A DNA stretch of 64,000 nucleotides from assembly GCA_964403505.1 (NCBI GenBank), contig CAYOFP010000001.1:70548-134547 (forward strand), read 5' to 3'. A program made the position numbers and the translations under genes. The notes beneath the pieces were generated by a model. It saw only the letters and a program-made list of their open reading frames with translations. It searched no databases and was not told the origin of the DNA. Below are positions 9,306-19,700 of this stretch, one piece after another (position 1 is the first letter of the stretch; every line of letters begins with the position of its first letter). This stretch comes from an uncultured Lachnospiraceae bacterium. Its GTDB lineage: Bacteria > Bacillota > Clostridia > Oscillospirales > CAG-272.

Positions 9306-9398
9306 GGGTTCCCCGAGGCGAGCGCAGTCGAGCCTTGGGGGGTCCGAGCAGCGAGGGGTTCCCCACTGCGAGGTACGCAGCAGTGGGGGTTCTGAGCA
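9306..9398 (+). repeat. GC-rich hairpin repeat, copy B (subunits B1 and B2, adjacent)
   Basis: GGGTTCCCCGAGGCGAGCGCAGTCGAGCCTTGGGG... and GGGGTTCCCCACTGCGAGGTACGCAGCAGTGGGGGTTCTGAGC. Copy B is intergenic, whereas copy A lies inside the portal ORF. Confidence 0.75.
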
Positions 9399-9430
9399 GG
9401 GGATGTCTTATGGCATCCCCGTTATTTTTA
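9399..9430 (+). terminator. Terminator/attenuator-like hairpin after the capsid genes
   Basis: Stem GGGGATG / CATCCCC, then GTTATTTTTA. It lies just before the RBS of the next gene. Confidence 0.45.
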
Positions 9431-9444
9431 GAAGGAGAAAGAAC

Positions 9445-9837
9445 ATGACCGTAAAGGATATAGTCACATTTGTAGACAGAGTTTACAGCAATGATATTGA
9501 TATGGACGTAAAAGCCGGGTTTATCGCACATTGTGACGCACAGCTGCGCCGGGATCTCTTACCGACGCACGAGCAGGACATGGACTGCAAAGCGGAGGAG
9601 CAGCACACCGAAAAGGACACGGGAAAATATGACGGAGACACGGTGCTTTTTGCGCCCGACCGATATGCCGATCTATACCGATGGTATTTACAGGCGCGCC
9701 TGTCTCTGATTCTCTCGCAGGCGGGAATGTATCAGACGTGCGCCGCCCTTTATGAGAGTGCCCGGGATGAGTTTGCGAAAGAATACAACCGCACACATAT
9801 GCCGTGCAGGCGTGTGGAGGCGCTGAAACTGACATGA
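9445..9837 (+). CDS. Phage protein; position suggests a head-completion or adaptor role
   Basis: The ATG at 9445 follows GAAGGAG. The longer ORF from 9277 would translate the repeat/terminator region. ATGA overlap with the next gene. Confidence 0.45.
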   Translation: MTVKDIVTFVDRVYSNDIDMDVKAGFIAHCDAQLRRDLLPTHEQDMDCKAEEQHTEKDTGKYDGDTVLFAPDRYADLYRWYLQARLSLILSQAGMYQTCAALYESARDEFAKEYNRTHMPCRRVEALKLT

Positions 9838-11807
9838 AAAAACTACCGTATAATGCGATGGAAACGGGTGCATACCGTACAGCCGTCAATATTTTCGGCG
9901 GATATAATCACACCCTGCGCCCGTCTGACGGCGAGTGGTATGACATGTGCAATCTGACAAGCCGACATTATCCCGTGCTCAGTGTGCGAGACCCGCGTAA
10001 GGAATATGCCGACGCGGGAGAGCCGCATGCGATCATCGGAAAAGACAAGCTCGTATGGTGTGACGGTGATAAGGTATATTACGGCTCAGATACAAACATC
10101 ATCCACACCTTAGAAGACGATAAAGAGCCGATCCTCGTCTCTTTGGGGGCGAATGTCGTGATATTCCCGGACGGAGTGATGTACAATACCGTAACCGAAG
10201 AGAAACGCAAGCTTTCTTGTGCCGTTACAACAGAAGTTCCGTTCGGCGGGATCCAGCCCGTGCCGTTTACGCTGACACTGTGCGATGCAGACGGAAAGGA
10301 TCTCGCCGAGCAATATGTTGTGACGACGAAATACCCGTCGAATTGGAAAGATAATTGGGAAGACTACTATATCTATGACAATGGATTTGTTCGGAACGGA
10401 GACTCGAACAGAGCGTCTGAGAATTGGCAGCCAAATTTTTACTACTACCCTGCGATCACCATATCAGAGAAACCTCCGGCCTCGGTAGAGGATGGGGTCA
10501 CATGGATAGACACATCGTCTGATACGCCCGCGATAAAAAAATACTCCGGCACGATGGGCGTGTGGGTGAAATTCAGTGCGACGTATTTTAAGCTCTCGCA
10601 TATCGAATCAAGCGCATATTACGGATATCTGAGCGAATTCCGTGCCGGAGACACGGTTACCCTCGATCTGTCCCCGGGCGGAACAAAAAAGAGCCGTTTT
10701 TTGAACGGCGACTATGCCGTTACAGAATCGGGATCAACGGAATTGCCGAGCGGCGAAACAGAGCATTATATTATCTGTGCCGGTGCATGCGGCGTCCCTG
10801 ATGAGCTATACGGTTCGGTCAAGCGCACTGTGCCGCCGATGGACTTTGTTATCGAGGGAGATAACCGTCTGTGGGGATGCAGGTACGGGAAAAACCGCAA
10901 TGGCGAATTCACAAATGAAATATATGCCTGTAAAGTAGGAGACCCGGCCAACTGGTTTTCCTATCAGGGAGTCAGCACCGACTCATATGCTGTCAGCGTC
11001 GGCAGTGACGGTCCCTTTACGGGAGCGATCTTCTATGCCGGGTGCCCGACCTTCTTTAAGGAAAGATACATTCACCGTGTCGGCGGCAGTGTCCCTGCAA
11101 ATTATACCATGTATACGACAAAGACCGACGGCGTGCAGGCAGGAAGCGGCGCAAGTCTGTGCTGTGTAAGAAACACACTGTACTATAAATCGCCGACCGA
11201 CATCATGGCATACACCGGCTCATATCCCGTGCCGGTATCCGCCGCACTCGGCGCCGTGAGGTATTATGATGCGGTCGCAGGTGAGATCGGCGGAAAATAC
11301 TATATCTCTATGCGTGAAGAAAAGCTCGGGGACTCTGCCGGCAGGTGGAGGATGTTCGTCTACGATACCGACAAGGGGCTGTGGCATATCGAGGATGAGA
11401 CACATGCCATCGGCTTTGCCCGGGTAAGCGACAGACTCTTCTGCATGTCAGAAGATAAAATCTTTTGCGTCGACGGCGGAACGGAGCAGGATGAGAAGCC
11501 GATCGAGTGGTATGCGCAGACAGGCGTGCGCACACTGTCCGACGTGAGCGCAAAATCGGTATCGGCGCTGTGTATTCATGCCGTGCTCGGCGAGGGCTCG
11601 AGCATGTCGGTATTCATCGAATACGACTCTAACGGAAAGTGGGAGCCATGCGGAAATATAACGGGCGAGCGGCGTGAGGCCGCGAAGCTTCCGATCACGC
11701 CCCGAAGGTGCGATCACTATGCACTGCGTATTGAGGGAGTCGGCAGATGTCAGATCTACTCGATTACCCAAGAGATAGAAGAAGGGAGTGACGTCCGATG
11801 GAGATAG
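9834..11807 (+). CDS. Large virion protein (candidate tail hub/nozzle-type protein, by position only)
   Basis: 657 aa from the ATG at 9834 (ATGA overlap with the upstream stop). No family recognised by eye. Confidence 0.35.
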   Translation: MKKLPYNAMETGAYRTAVNIFGGYNHTLRPSDGEWYDMCNLTSRHYPVLSVRDPRKEYADAGEPHAIIGKDKLVWCDGDKVYYGSDTNIIHTLEDDKEPILVSLGANVVIFPDGVMYNTVTEEKRKLSCAVTTEVPFGGIQPVPFTLTLCDADGKDLAEQYVVTTKYPSNWKDNWEDYYIYDNGFVRNGDSNRASENWQPNFYYYPAITISEKPPASVEDGVTWIDTSSDTPAIKKYSGTMGVWVKFSATYFKLSHIESSAYYGYLSEFRAGDTVTLDLSPGGTKKSRFLNGDYAVTESGSTELPSGETEHYIICAGACGVPDELYGSVKRTVPPMDFVIEGDNRLWGCRYGKNRNGEFTNEIYACKVGDPANWFSYQGVSTDSYAVSVGSDGPFTGAIFYAGCPTFFKERYIHRVGGSVPANYTMYTTKTDGVQAGSGASLCCVRNTLYYKSPTDIMAYTGSYPVPVSAALGAVRYYDAVAGEIGGKYYISMREEKLGDSAGRWRMFVYDTDKGLWHIEDETHAIGFARVSDRLFCMSEDKIFCVDGGTEQDEKPIEWYAQTGVRTLSDVSAKSVSALCIHAVLGEGSSMSVFIEYDSNGKWEPCGNITGERREAAKLPITPRRCDHYALRIEGVGRCQIYSITQEIEEGSDVRWR

Positions 11808-12010
11808 AATACCCTCCCATACTTACAGGTACGCCGGAGGAACAGATCCGTCAGATATGGGAATATCTGTGCCGGCTCACAAACACTCTGCGCACCCAGC
11901 CCGGCGTAGAATCGCTTTTAGGGCATGATGCAGGTACGGGAATCGCACTCGGTGATCAGTTTACCGCCCTGCAAAGAATGATCGAAGGAGGAAATGATGG
12001 CAAAAATTAA
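11798..12010 (+). CDS. Small phage protein
   Basis: 70 aa, overlapping both neighbours, which suggests translational coupling. Confidence 0.4.
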   Translation: MEIEYPPILTGTPEEQIRQIWEYLCRLTNTLRTQPGVESLLGHDAGTGIALGDQFTALQRMIEGGNDGKN

Positions 12011-13046
12011 ATTGAACGGCGTATCGGACGATACCCTCACTGCGATGGAAAAGCCGTATGAACCAAGCGACGATGTGAAGGCGCTCGGAATCGAGGCGGC
12101 GAATACCTATGACGCACTGAAAAGTGCCGGAGGAGCAAATTATGCGAAGGCAGATCAGGCTCTGAACGCCTGGAAAAACTACGGTGATTTCAGTTATAAT
12201 CCTGACACGGATATACTCTTTCAGAATGCGAAGGCAAACGCAATTGCAAACGGAAAGGTCGCAATGCAGGACACAATAGGACAGGCGAGCGCTCTTACCG
12301 GGGGATATGCCAACTCATATGCGGCAAGCGCCGGCAACCAGGCATATCAGAACTATTTAAAGAGCCTTGATGACGATCTCGCTAATTATTATCAGATCGC
12401 TCTCGAGCAGTACGAGAGGGGTAAAAACGATCTGCTGACCGAATACTCCCTCGAAAACGAGAGAGGACAGCAGGAGTGGAACAAGGCTTACAGCTTATAC
12501 GGTGCAGCAAATGACAGGTACACCGGCGAAAGAAGCTTTGACTACGGAAAATATTCTGACGAGGTCTCTCATGCAACGACTCTCGCCGGCATGGAAAATG
12601 CCGACTGGTGGAATAAAACGAACTTTGACAATGAAAATGATCATTGGCAAAAGGATTATGAACTGGAAGTAAAAAAGCTTGATGCAGACATTGCGCATAA
12701 TAATGCCACGCTCGCATTGAGTCAGGATGAGCTTGATTACCGAAAGAATAATCCGACGGCGAGTGCAACGACAGGAAAGAACACATCATACGATCTCAGT
12801 AAAAGATTTGATACTTGGGCGAAATATATAAACGGCGCAGTAGGCGACGATGCAAAAACCGAAGCGGCGAAAAAAACAGTAGCAAGTGAGGCTGCAACGC
12901 TTTTCTTAAACGGCGATATCGACCCGAGTCAGCTTCTCACCGTTGCTGAACAGTTTATCGGTATTGATGATCTTTATGATTATGATAAACTAAAAGAGTA
13001 TTTCGGCAAAGCCACTGCCGATGAGCTTTTGAAACAAAAAGAATAG
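11994..13046 (+). CDS. Phage structural or internal protein (unknown)
   Basis: 350 aa, Asn/Ala/Tyr-rich. It is the last gene of the block before the terminator. Confidence 0.4.
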   Translation: MMAKIKLNGVSDDTLTAMEKPYEPSDDVKALGIEAANTYDALKSAGGANYAKADQALNAWKNYGDFSYNPDTDILFQNAKANAIANGKVAMQDTIGQASALTGGYANSYAASAGNQAYQNYLKSLDDDLANYYQIALEQYERGKNDLLTEYSLENERGQQEWNKAYSLYGAANDRYTGERSFDYGKYSDEVSHATTLAGMENADWWNKTNFDNENDHWQKDYELEVKKLDADIAHNNATLALSQDELDYRKNNPTASATTGKNTSYDLSKRFDTWAKYINGAVGDDAKTEAAKKTVASEAATLFLNGDIDPSQLLTVAEQFIGIDDLYDYDKLKEYFGKATADELLKQKE

Positions 13047-13057
13047 CTCGGAAGAGC

Positions 13058-13101
13058 GAAATCCCCGAAGGAAACAAAATCGTCCTTCGGGGATCTTTTT
13101 T
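13058..13101. terminator. Hairpin terminator between the convergent phage block and yoeB
   Basis: Stem ATCCCCGAAGG / CCTTCGGGGAT (11 bp perfect), then CTTTTTT. Confidence 0.75.
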
Positions 13102-13106
13102 CGTAT

Positions 13107-13403
13107 TCACAAAGTCTCGTAATGCGACCACATTGCGACGATTCTCACGAGCTTTTTCTCTTCGCTGATATCGTAGACCAATCTATGCTGTAAATTGATC
13201 CTGCGTGAATAAAACTCGCTGAGCGATCCTCGCAGTTTCTCGTACGGCGGAGGGGTCTGATACGGATTTTCCGACAGAATTTCAAGCAATGCGTCAACTT
13301 TTTTCTTTAAATGCGGATTTGCTTTGATCTTTTCCTTGTCTTTTTTTGCCGAGGGTAAGATCACAATTCCGTATTTACCACTCAAACGGCTCACACTCCT
13401 CAA
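13107..13403 (-). CDS. yoeB: Txe/YoeB-family mRNA interferase toxin
   Basis: PPYEKLRGSLSEFYSRRINLQHRLVY...WSHYE matches the YoeB/Txe signature. It overlaps the antitoxin stop. Confidence 0.85.
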   Translation of the reverse strand: MRSVSRLSGKYGIVILPSAKKDKEKIKANPHLKKKVDALLEILSENPYQTPPPYEKLRGSLSEFYSRRINLQHRLVYDISEEKKLVRIVAMWSHYETL

Positions 13404-13614
13404 TCGGTGTATTTTTCGCCTCCGTAAAGCGCTCCGCCATGCCGGGAGTGTTCAGCAGGTTAAAGGTCTCGAGCATTGCGTTATAATCTTCACGGCTCAT
13501 TACTACGGCGCTGCCGTCCTTCGTTGTTACATCGATCACTTCGTTAAATTCGATCGCACTGCGGATATACTCAAAAACATTCTGGCGAAATTTTGTTATC
13601 GTTGTCGTCGTCAT
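13375..13614 (-). CDS. yefM: Phd/YefM-family antitoxin
   Basis: ITKFRQNVFEYIRSA...VVMSREDYNAMLETFNLL is typical of YefM. The ATG at 13614 lies 6 nt after GGAGAGGTG. Confidence 0.85.
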   Translation of the reverse strand: MTTTTITKFRQNVFEYIRSAIEFNEVIDVTTKDGSAVVMSREDYNAMLETFNLLNTPGMAERFTEAKNTPIEECEPFEW

Positions 13615-13635
13615 TATTATCACCTCTCCATCAGT

Positions 13636-13672
13636 ATATGTACATTATAGCGTACATATGCACTTTTGTCAA
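13636..13672 (-). promoter_or_regulatory. Sigma-A consensus promoter plus palindromic operator of yefM-yoeB
   Basis: On the minus strand: TTGACA (13667-13672), 17 nt, TATAAT (13644-13649). The inverted repeat ATATGTAC/GTACATAT (13636-13643 / 13652-13659) brackets the -10 box. The GTAC core resembles known YefM operators. Confidence 0.7.
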
Positions 13673-13685
13673 TAGTTTTTGCCGA

Positions 13686-13719
13686 GGGTTAGAGATGTCT
13701 CGTATGGTTTTGATACAAT
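13686..13719 (+). promoter_or_regulatory. Phage promoter-like motif P3 (GGGTTAGA-N20-TGa-TACAAT)
   Basis: GGGTTAGA at 13686-13693, 20 nt, then TACAAT at 13714-13719. It lies 26 nt upstream of the giant ORF and is divergent from the yefM promoter. Confidence 0.6.
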
Positions 13720-13745
13720 AACGGCAAAGAGAACGGAGGTTAAAT

Positions 13746-16700
13746 ATGAACGCAATAGACAAATATTTAGAAAAGAAAAAAGAGATGAGCGAGATCATCG
13801 GCGGTGCGATGCAAAGGCATGCAGATGAGGCACTTTCAAGCGGATTTGATAGCTTGGGAGCTGAATATGATAAACTATATAAGGCGCACCAGGCGGCTGA
13901 GAACACATGGACGAGCGCCGAGGACTTTAATGCGCTCGCAAAAAGCCGCACGGACTTTGTCGGGCGTGTGGAGGAGTTGAAAAAGTGGCTGCCGCACAGC
14001 TCATACGGCAAGGATAAACAAAATGAGCTTTACGCAAATCTTGACAGCATAAAAAAGGCGGTGGACGATTCACGTACTACTCCGAGAGGGAATGTAAGCC
14101 GTGGCAACAACTCACTCGCTTCGCTTGCTGAGAGCAGGCAGGCATATTACAGCGGATACAAGGATGCGGACGACTATGCGAAATGGTCTGCCGTCGAGGG
14201 CGGTTCACTCGAGGACATTCAGAAATTTATCGACGATGCGAAAGCCGAGGGGCGAGGGGATAAAATCGACACATACAAGATGCAGGGAGACGATTATACA
14301 ATAACTCGTCCGGGAGAGGGAGAATACCTCCGGCAGGCAGATATCGACCGTGCGCAGAAAATTTTCGACGGGAAAAAGTACACGCAGTCGGTTGACGGAA
14401 AGACCCTCACGGAGATCTACGAAAACGCTTACGCAAATTTCGAGAACGATCACGGAGAGTATTCCTATCTTTCCGACGCTGCCGCAGGGCTCGAGCGCAG
14501 TGCGCAGGAGTATGAGAGTGCGAACGAGTGGTTAAATGCGAAAAAGGCTGAGCTGGAACAAAAGCGGAATGCCTTACAGTCGGAGCTTGACAGCATTACC
14601 TTGCATGACAATGTCAACGGACATGTATTTACCTACTATTCCGAAGAAAACAAGCAAAGAGGAAAGAAGCTTGAAAGCGATATCTCGCAGGTCGACCATC
14701 AGATCGAGGCGGTCGGCGCTGATATAGAGAATATCAGCGAGTCAAGTCATGTCACAGAGTGGAATGCAGAGTATAATGCACTGCCCGAAGATGCCCGGTT
14801 TCTTATCGACTATTTAGCAAATTCGCAAGACAACCCATTCGTTGTGTACGATATAGAAGATGCGTCACGTGCGTCTGAAATGGTAGGAAAAGAATTTCCG
14901 AATATAAATGACATAGCCGAATATCTTACAGACACCGGGGTCGTAAGCGGTGGCAGCGAAGATGAAATTGCGAGGTCGGTGCAGGATTTAGTTAAACGGC
15001 GTAATAAGATAAATCATATGACAAGTTCTAAAGAAGCGGCTGAAAAACACGCTGAAAGCGCCAAAGAACATCCCGTATTAACATCGCTTGCTTCTATACC
15101 GACTTCGCTTGTATCGGGTATTGCGGCAATGCCCGAGGTTATACGGGGAACGATTGAAGGCGGCAAAGGGTACGAATACGGCGTTGACAGATATTCACCT
15201 GCTTTCGCCCCGACGAGATATACGCAGACGGTTCGTGGAACGGTCGGAGCAGGCATTGACAGCGAGGCGGGAAAATTCCTTTATCAAACGACAATGTCGG
15301 CGCTCGATTCCGCTGCGGCAATGACTGTGGGTATGGGCGTAGGTGCGGCATTCGGTGCGGCAAGCGGCGCTTCTTCTGCTGTGACGAATAAAATCATATC
15401 GGGTACGACAAATTTCATCATGTCGTCTTCTGCCGGAGCGAACGCTATATACGAAGGACTTGAAAAAGGTTATTCAAGCGAGAAGGCAGTCACGCTCGGT
15501 ATTATCTCCGGCGTGATAGAGGCGGCGAGCGAAACCTTTTCCATAGAGGCGATATTAAACAGCGCAGGGAATGACGCATTCTGGAAAACGGTCGCAAAGT
15601 CTTTCGCCGCAGAAGGCTCAGAGGAAGTAGTCTCAAATTGGGGCAATAAAATCGTAGATGCGATCGCAAACAAATCACAGGCGGAAATATATCAGTCGAT
15701 TCTATCATATCAGGACGCAGGAGAGAGCAGCGGCCAGGCGCTCGCACATGCGATCTTCGATTCGCTCGGTGAGGACGCCGCTGCATTTCTCGCAGGCGGT
15801 TTGTCAGGCGCTGCCATGGGTAGTGCGGCACAGCTCGGCAATATAGCAGGTGAACATATAGGAAATGCCATCGACACGCACAGACTTTCACGTTCCGCTT
15901 TGGATAACGACGGCGGTGTGCGCCTGGTCGAGGCGGCGCTCGAGCTTCCTGAAGGAAATACCGCACGCAAAGCCGCAGAGAAATACTCGGACGGCAATAA
16001 GAATGTAAGCAAGCATGACGCCGCCGTGATGATGCGTGAGGTCAACCGGAATCTGAGAAAGCAGATCTCTGCGCAGACGGAAAGTGCGGCAAAACAGGTA
16101 ATTGCAGACGAGCTCTCCGAACGGTACGGCATTACTGAATCTGATAAGCTTTCCGATATGATGGAGACGGCGTACCGTGCGCTGACCGGGCAGGAGCTGA
16201 GCCCGGACGAGCGTGCGTTATATGAGCAAAGCGAACAGATACGCGAGATCGTACAGGATATGCAGGGTGACCCGGACGGGAAGTTCGCCCGTTTTTTCAC
16301 AGAAACGACAACCGATGCGGCGATCTCTGCGACAGAACAAGCGATGCAGACCCGGGAAACGATCGCGGGTGTAGAGAGCGGAAGCACAAAAGCGCTCGGC
16401 AGTATTGTGCGCCCGTATATCGGCAAAGGAAATCAGAAGGTCGTACGCGGAACGAAAATCACGGCGATCAATGCCGACGGTACATTTGAGATGAGTACGG
16501 TCGATAACAAGGGTGCGGATGCGGGTACGGTTACCATAAGTACCGCCGACTTATCCTCAAAGGTGCGGAGTATTTATGACACAGTCATCGAGAGCACGGA
16601 CAATGCGAATATCGCAAATGCCATCATACAGGCGGCAGCGACTGACCGCAGGGTCGTGGCTCAGATAAGTCCGGAGTTGGTTTCGGCGGTATCGGACATA

Positions 16701-19700
16701 GCACGCTGTGGGTTCTCCCTGTCTGACAGCGGTATTGCGATGTTAGCAGGCGTAAATACTGCATCGTGGGAGAGGGCGGACAATACTCTGAAGCAGGCGA
16801 TATATAGCGCAACTAAAAAAGGCAACTCTGACGTAGGTGCGGTATATTCTTCGGTCACACGGGAGGATGTCGTGCAAGCTTATGCCGCATCCGACAAGCT
16901 CGGAACAAAGCATGCGGCAAATGCCATGCTTCGGCTGATCGAACGAACCGCCGAGCGGTACGGTGTGCAGGTCGTTTTTGCCGATCTCGCAAACGGATAC
17001 AAAGGCGGTCACATCGCCGGCACAAACAGAATCGTCCTCGGCATGGATATTGATGCAGGACTGCTCACCCGAACAATGGGACACGAGATGTTCCACTATC
17101 TGAAAGGACTGAACGGCGCGCTCTCAGGGCAGTTACAATCTGACGTGATAACGTGGCTTAAGGACACGGGCAAATATGATGCGGTATATGCACAGTTTGA
17201 GGAAAACTACAGCGAGGAAACCGCCCATCTGTCAGAGGCGAAAAAACGTGCATATCTCGAGGAAGAGATAGCGGCAGATTCCTGCTTTGACGCACTCTCA
17301 AATGAGCGTTTTCTCGGCGATTTTTACGTTCAGACCGCACAAAAGAAAAACGGAGCGGAATTTTTGCAGAAGCTCGCTGACTTTTTCACTTCCCTTTCGC
17401 AAATGCTTCGTGATGCGGTGGCGAACTTCACACAGAGATATAAATCGAACGAGCTTATAAAGGCGCTTTCGCAGGATGCAGATATGCTCGAGCACATCAA
17501 CGAGAAATTCCGGGAGCTTCTTGCAAGCGCAAAGTCGGCGGAAAATGAAAAAAGCGCTGCGAATGCGCAGCGTGAGGAGACAATACGCTTTTCCCGGATG
17601 AATGAGAAATCATTCGAGGAAAATGTAGATGCTGTCCTTGAAGCGAGCGATGCATATGCGAAACAGCACAAAGGAGACTTTGTTCGCGTAATGGAGCATA
17701 CGCCGGCGGTAATCCTCGATCATGTCGAGGATGCAGCGGATCTCGAGGTTATTATTCAATACCACTCGTTGTATCTGGAGACAAGACACGAAGGCGTACT
17801 CGAAGGAAATTATCACAATTTAGGACGAGAGATCGCAAAAAACCTCCCACAGTATATATCCGACCCGGATACAATCGTGCGGATGGACAACGATAGGCTC
17901 AATCTGTTTGCTACCATACAGGATCAAAAAAAGAATATACGCATTGTTTCGGTCGAGATGAATACGGTTCTGGACATTAACAGCAAATACCGTAAATACA
18001 ATCTTGTGTTAACCGTTTTCCCTGCGAAGGCGAACTATGTGAGTAACATAATAGCAAAACACGGAGTAAAAGTAGAATATGAAAAAGAAGGCCTTGCGCA
18101 AGTGAATCCCCAGCTGCATAAATCTCTGGGTATTGTTAACGCAAAACCTTCTACTGATAGTATATCCGATTCCGGGCAAGATGTCAACACTTCAGGGCAA
18201 GAAAATTCCGGAAATGTCCGCTATCAGATGTCAGCTGATAAATATTCATATGATGAGTTGGTAAGCAAGCCGGATATGCATGTCACGCAAATCAGCGATC
18301 GAAATATCCCGGAGCCGTCAAATCTTGCTCGCAAAGGAATTGTCAGTCATGCGCTCGAAAATGCCGAAAAGGTCGGAAAACGTCGGGAAGACGGCAATAT
18401 CAGCATTCATGTGAATGATACTGACTCTGATGTTATTTTATCCCGCAAAGGACTCGAGCACGGACTTGACCGCAGATTTTCGGTCAATGCACCTGTTACG
18501 CTTCAAGCAGGCAAGATACTGCAAAATGCCATCCGCATAAACGAAATGAACCCGAAAAAGAAAACGGCGACAGGAAGCAGTATCTTTATCGGTATGGCCA
18601 AAAACACAAAAAACGAACCGTATGTCGTGCGATTTGTAGTCAATGAGTTTTCCGGCGAGGTCGAGGATGTCAATGTCTTATATGCACTCAATGCAAAAAA
18701 AGAGCCGGGTGCATTGCTGCCTCCAGTCACGAAAAATTCCGCTCCGGATACCGACTCTACTATCAGTATATCCGATTTGCTCGACTTTGTCAACAGGTAT
18801 TTTCCGGATATTTTACCCGAAAGTGTTTTGCAACATTACGGATATACTGCACGTCCTGACGGCGTGCTCGGTAAAAGTGTCCGCTATCAAAAGTCGGCCG
18901 ACAGTGCGCAGGAAGCGGAGATCCGCAAACTGCGGCAGGATTATGAGCTTACCAAACTGCAAAACGATCTGATACGCAGTAAGTTGAAGGTATGGGAACA
19001 TAAAGTGCCGAGCCCGAAGGCTCTGCGACGGTACATGAATGATGTCATGCAGCGGTACGGCGTGCAGTATGACGATGCCGGGAAATTACAGGCGTTTGAA
19101 AAGCTTACTGAATTTTACGGGTACTTAGTGCGCAGTAAGACACCGAATATGGTGATCGTGCAGGATATGGCCTTTGACCTCGCCCGGGATATGATCGCCA
19201 ATTCGGCGGAATTAGAAAAAACGCCGTATGACAGCGTGGAGAGGGAGTTCCGCCGGACATTGCGTGAGACTGGCGTGCAGATCACCGAAGCGCAAAAGCG
19301 CGAGATCATAAACACCTATGGGACGATGACCAACTTCCGCCGGGAAAGCGGAGGTATGATCCGTATCAATAGCAACAGCAAGCTTTTTGTTGCCGATATT
19401 ATAGAGGAAGCACGGAGCATCTACGACATCAAAACGGATCACGAGGATGAATTCCTGGTCGAGCTGCTACCGTACATGAAAGCGAGCGCCGATGCGGCGC
19501 GCGGAGTGTGGGTCGATCCGTATAACGGGGACGCACAGATCGAGCACATGGCGGCGATGGACCTTGCCGCTACTCTGCTGGATGCGCTGTACGACCCGAA
19601 TATCGTGCCGGTGCGAAAGACCGTCACAGATATAGAAGCGGAAAAGCGGTACCGCGCTCTGATGCAGCAGTACAACTATTACGAAAAACGCATCGGGAAG

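Noticed and set aside
9277-9444. The N-terminal 56 codons of the ORF at 9277-9837 could be real coding sequence.
   Set aside because: This stretch is the GC-rich repeat plus a terminator-like hairpin. A strong RBS (GAAGGAG) precedes the internal ATG at 9445.
15710-16426. Long antisense ORFs lie inside well-supported genes. Examples are 15710-16426, 19467-20162 and 20703-21311 in the giant gene; 7354-8127 opposite the scaffold and capsid genes; 1062-1571 opposite Rep; and many opposite clpC and the mur genes.
   Set aside because: These are shadow ORFs of the GC-rich coding strand. They have low-complexity Ser/Arg/Ala/Cys-rich translations and no RBS, and each fully overlaps a gene with clear family motifs.
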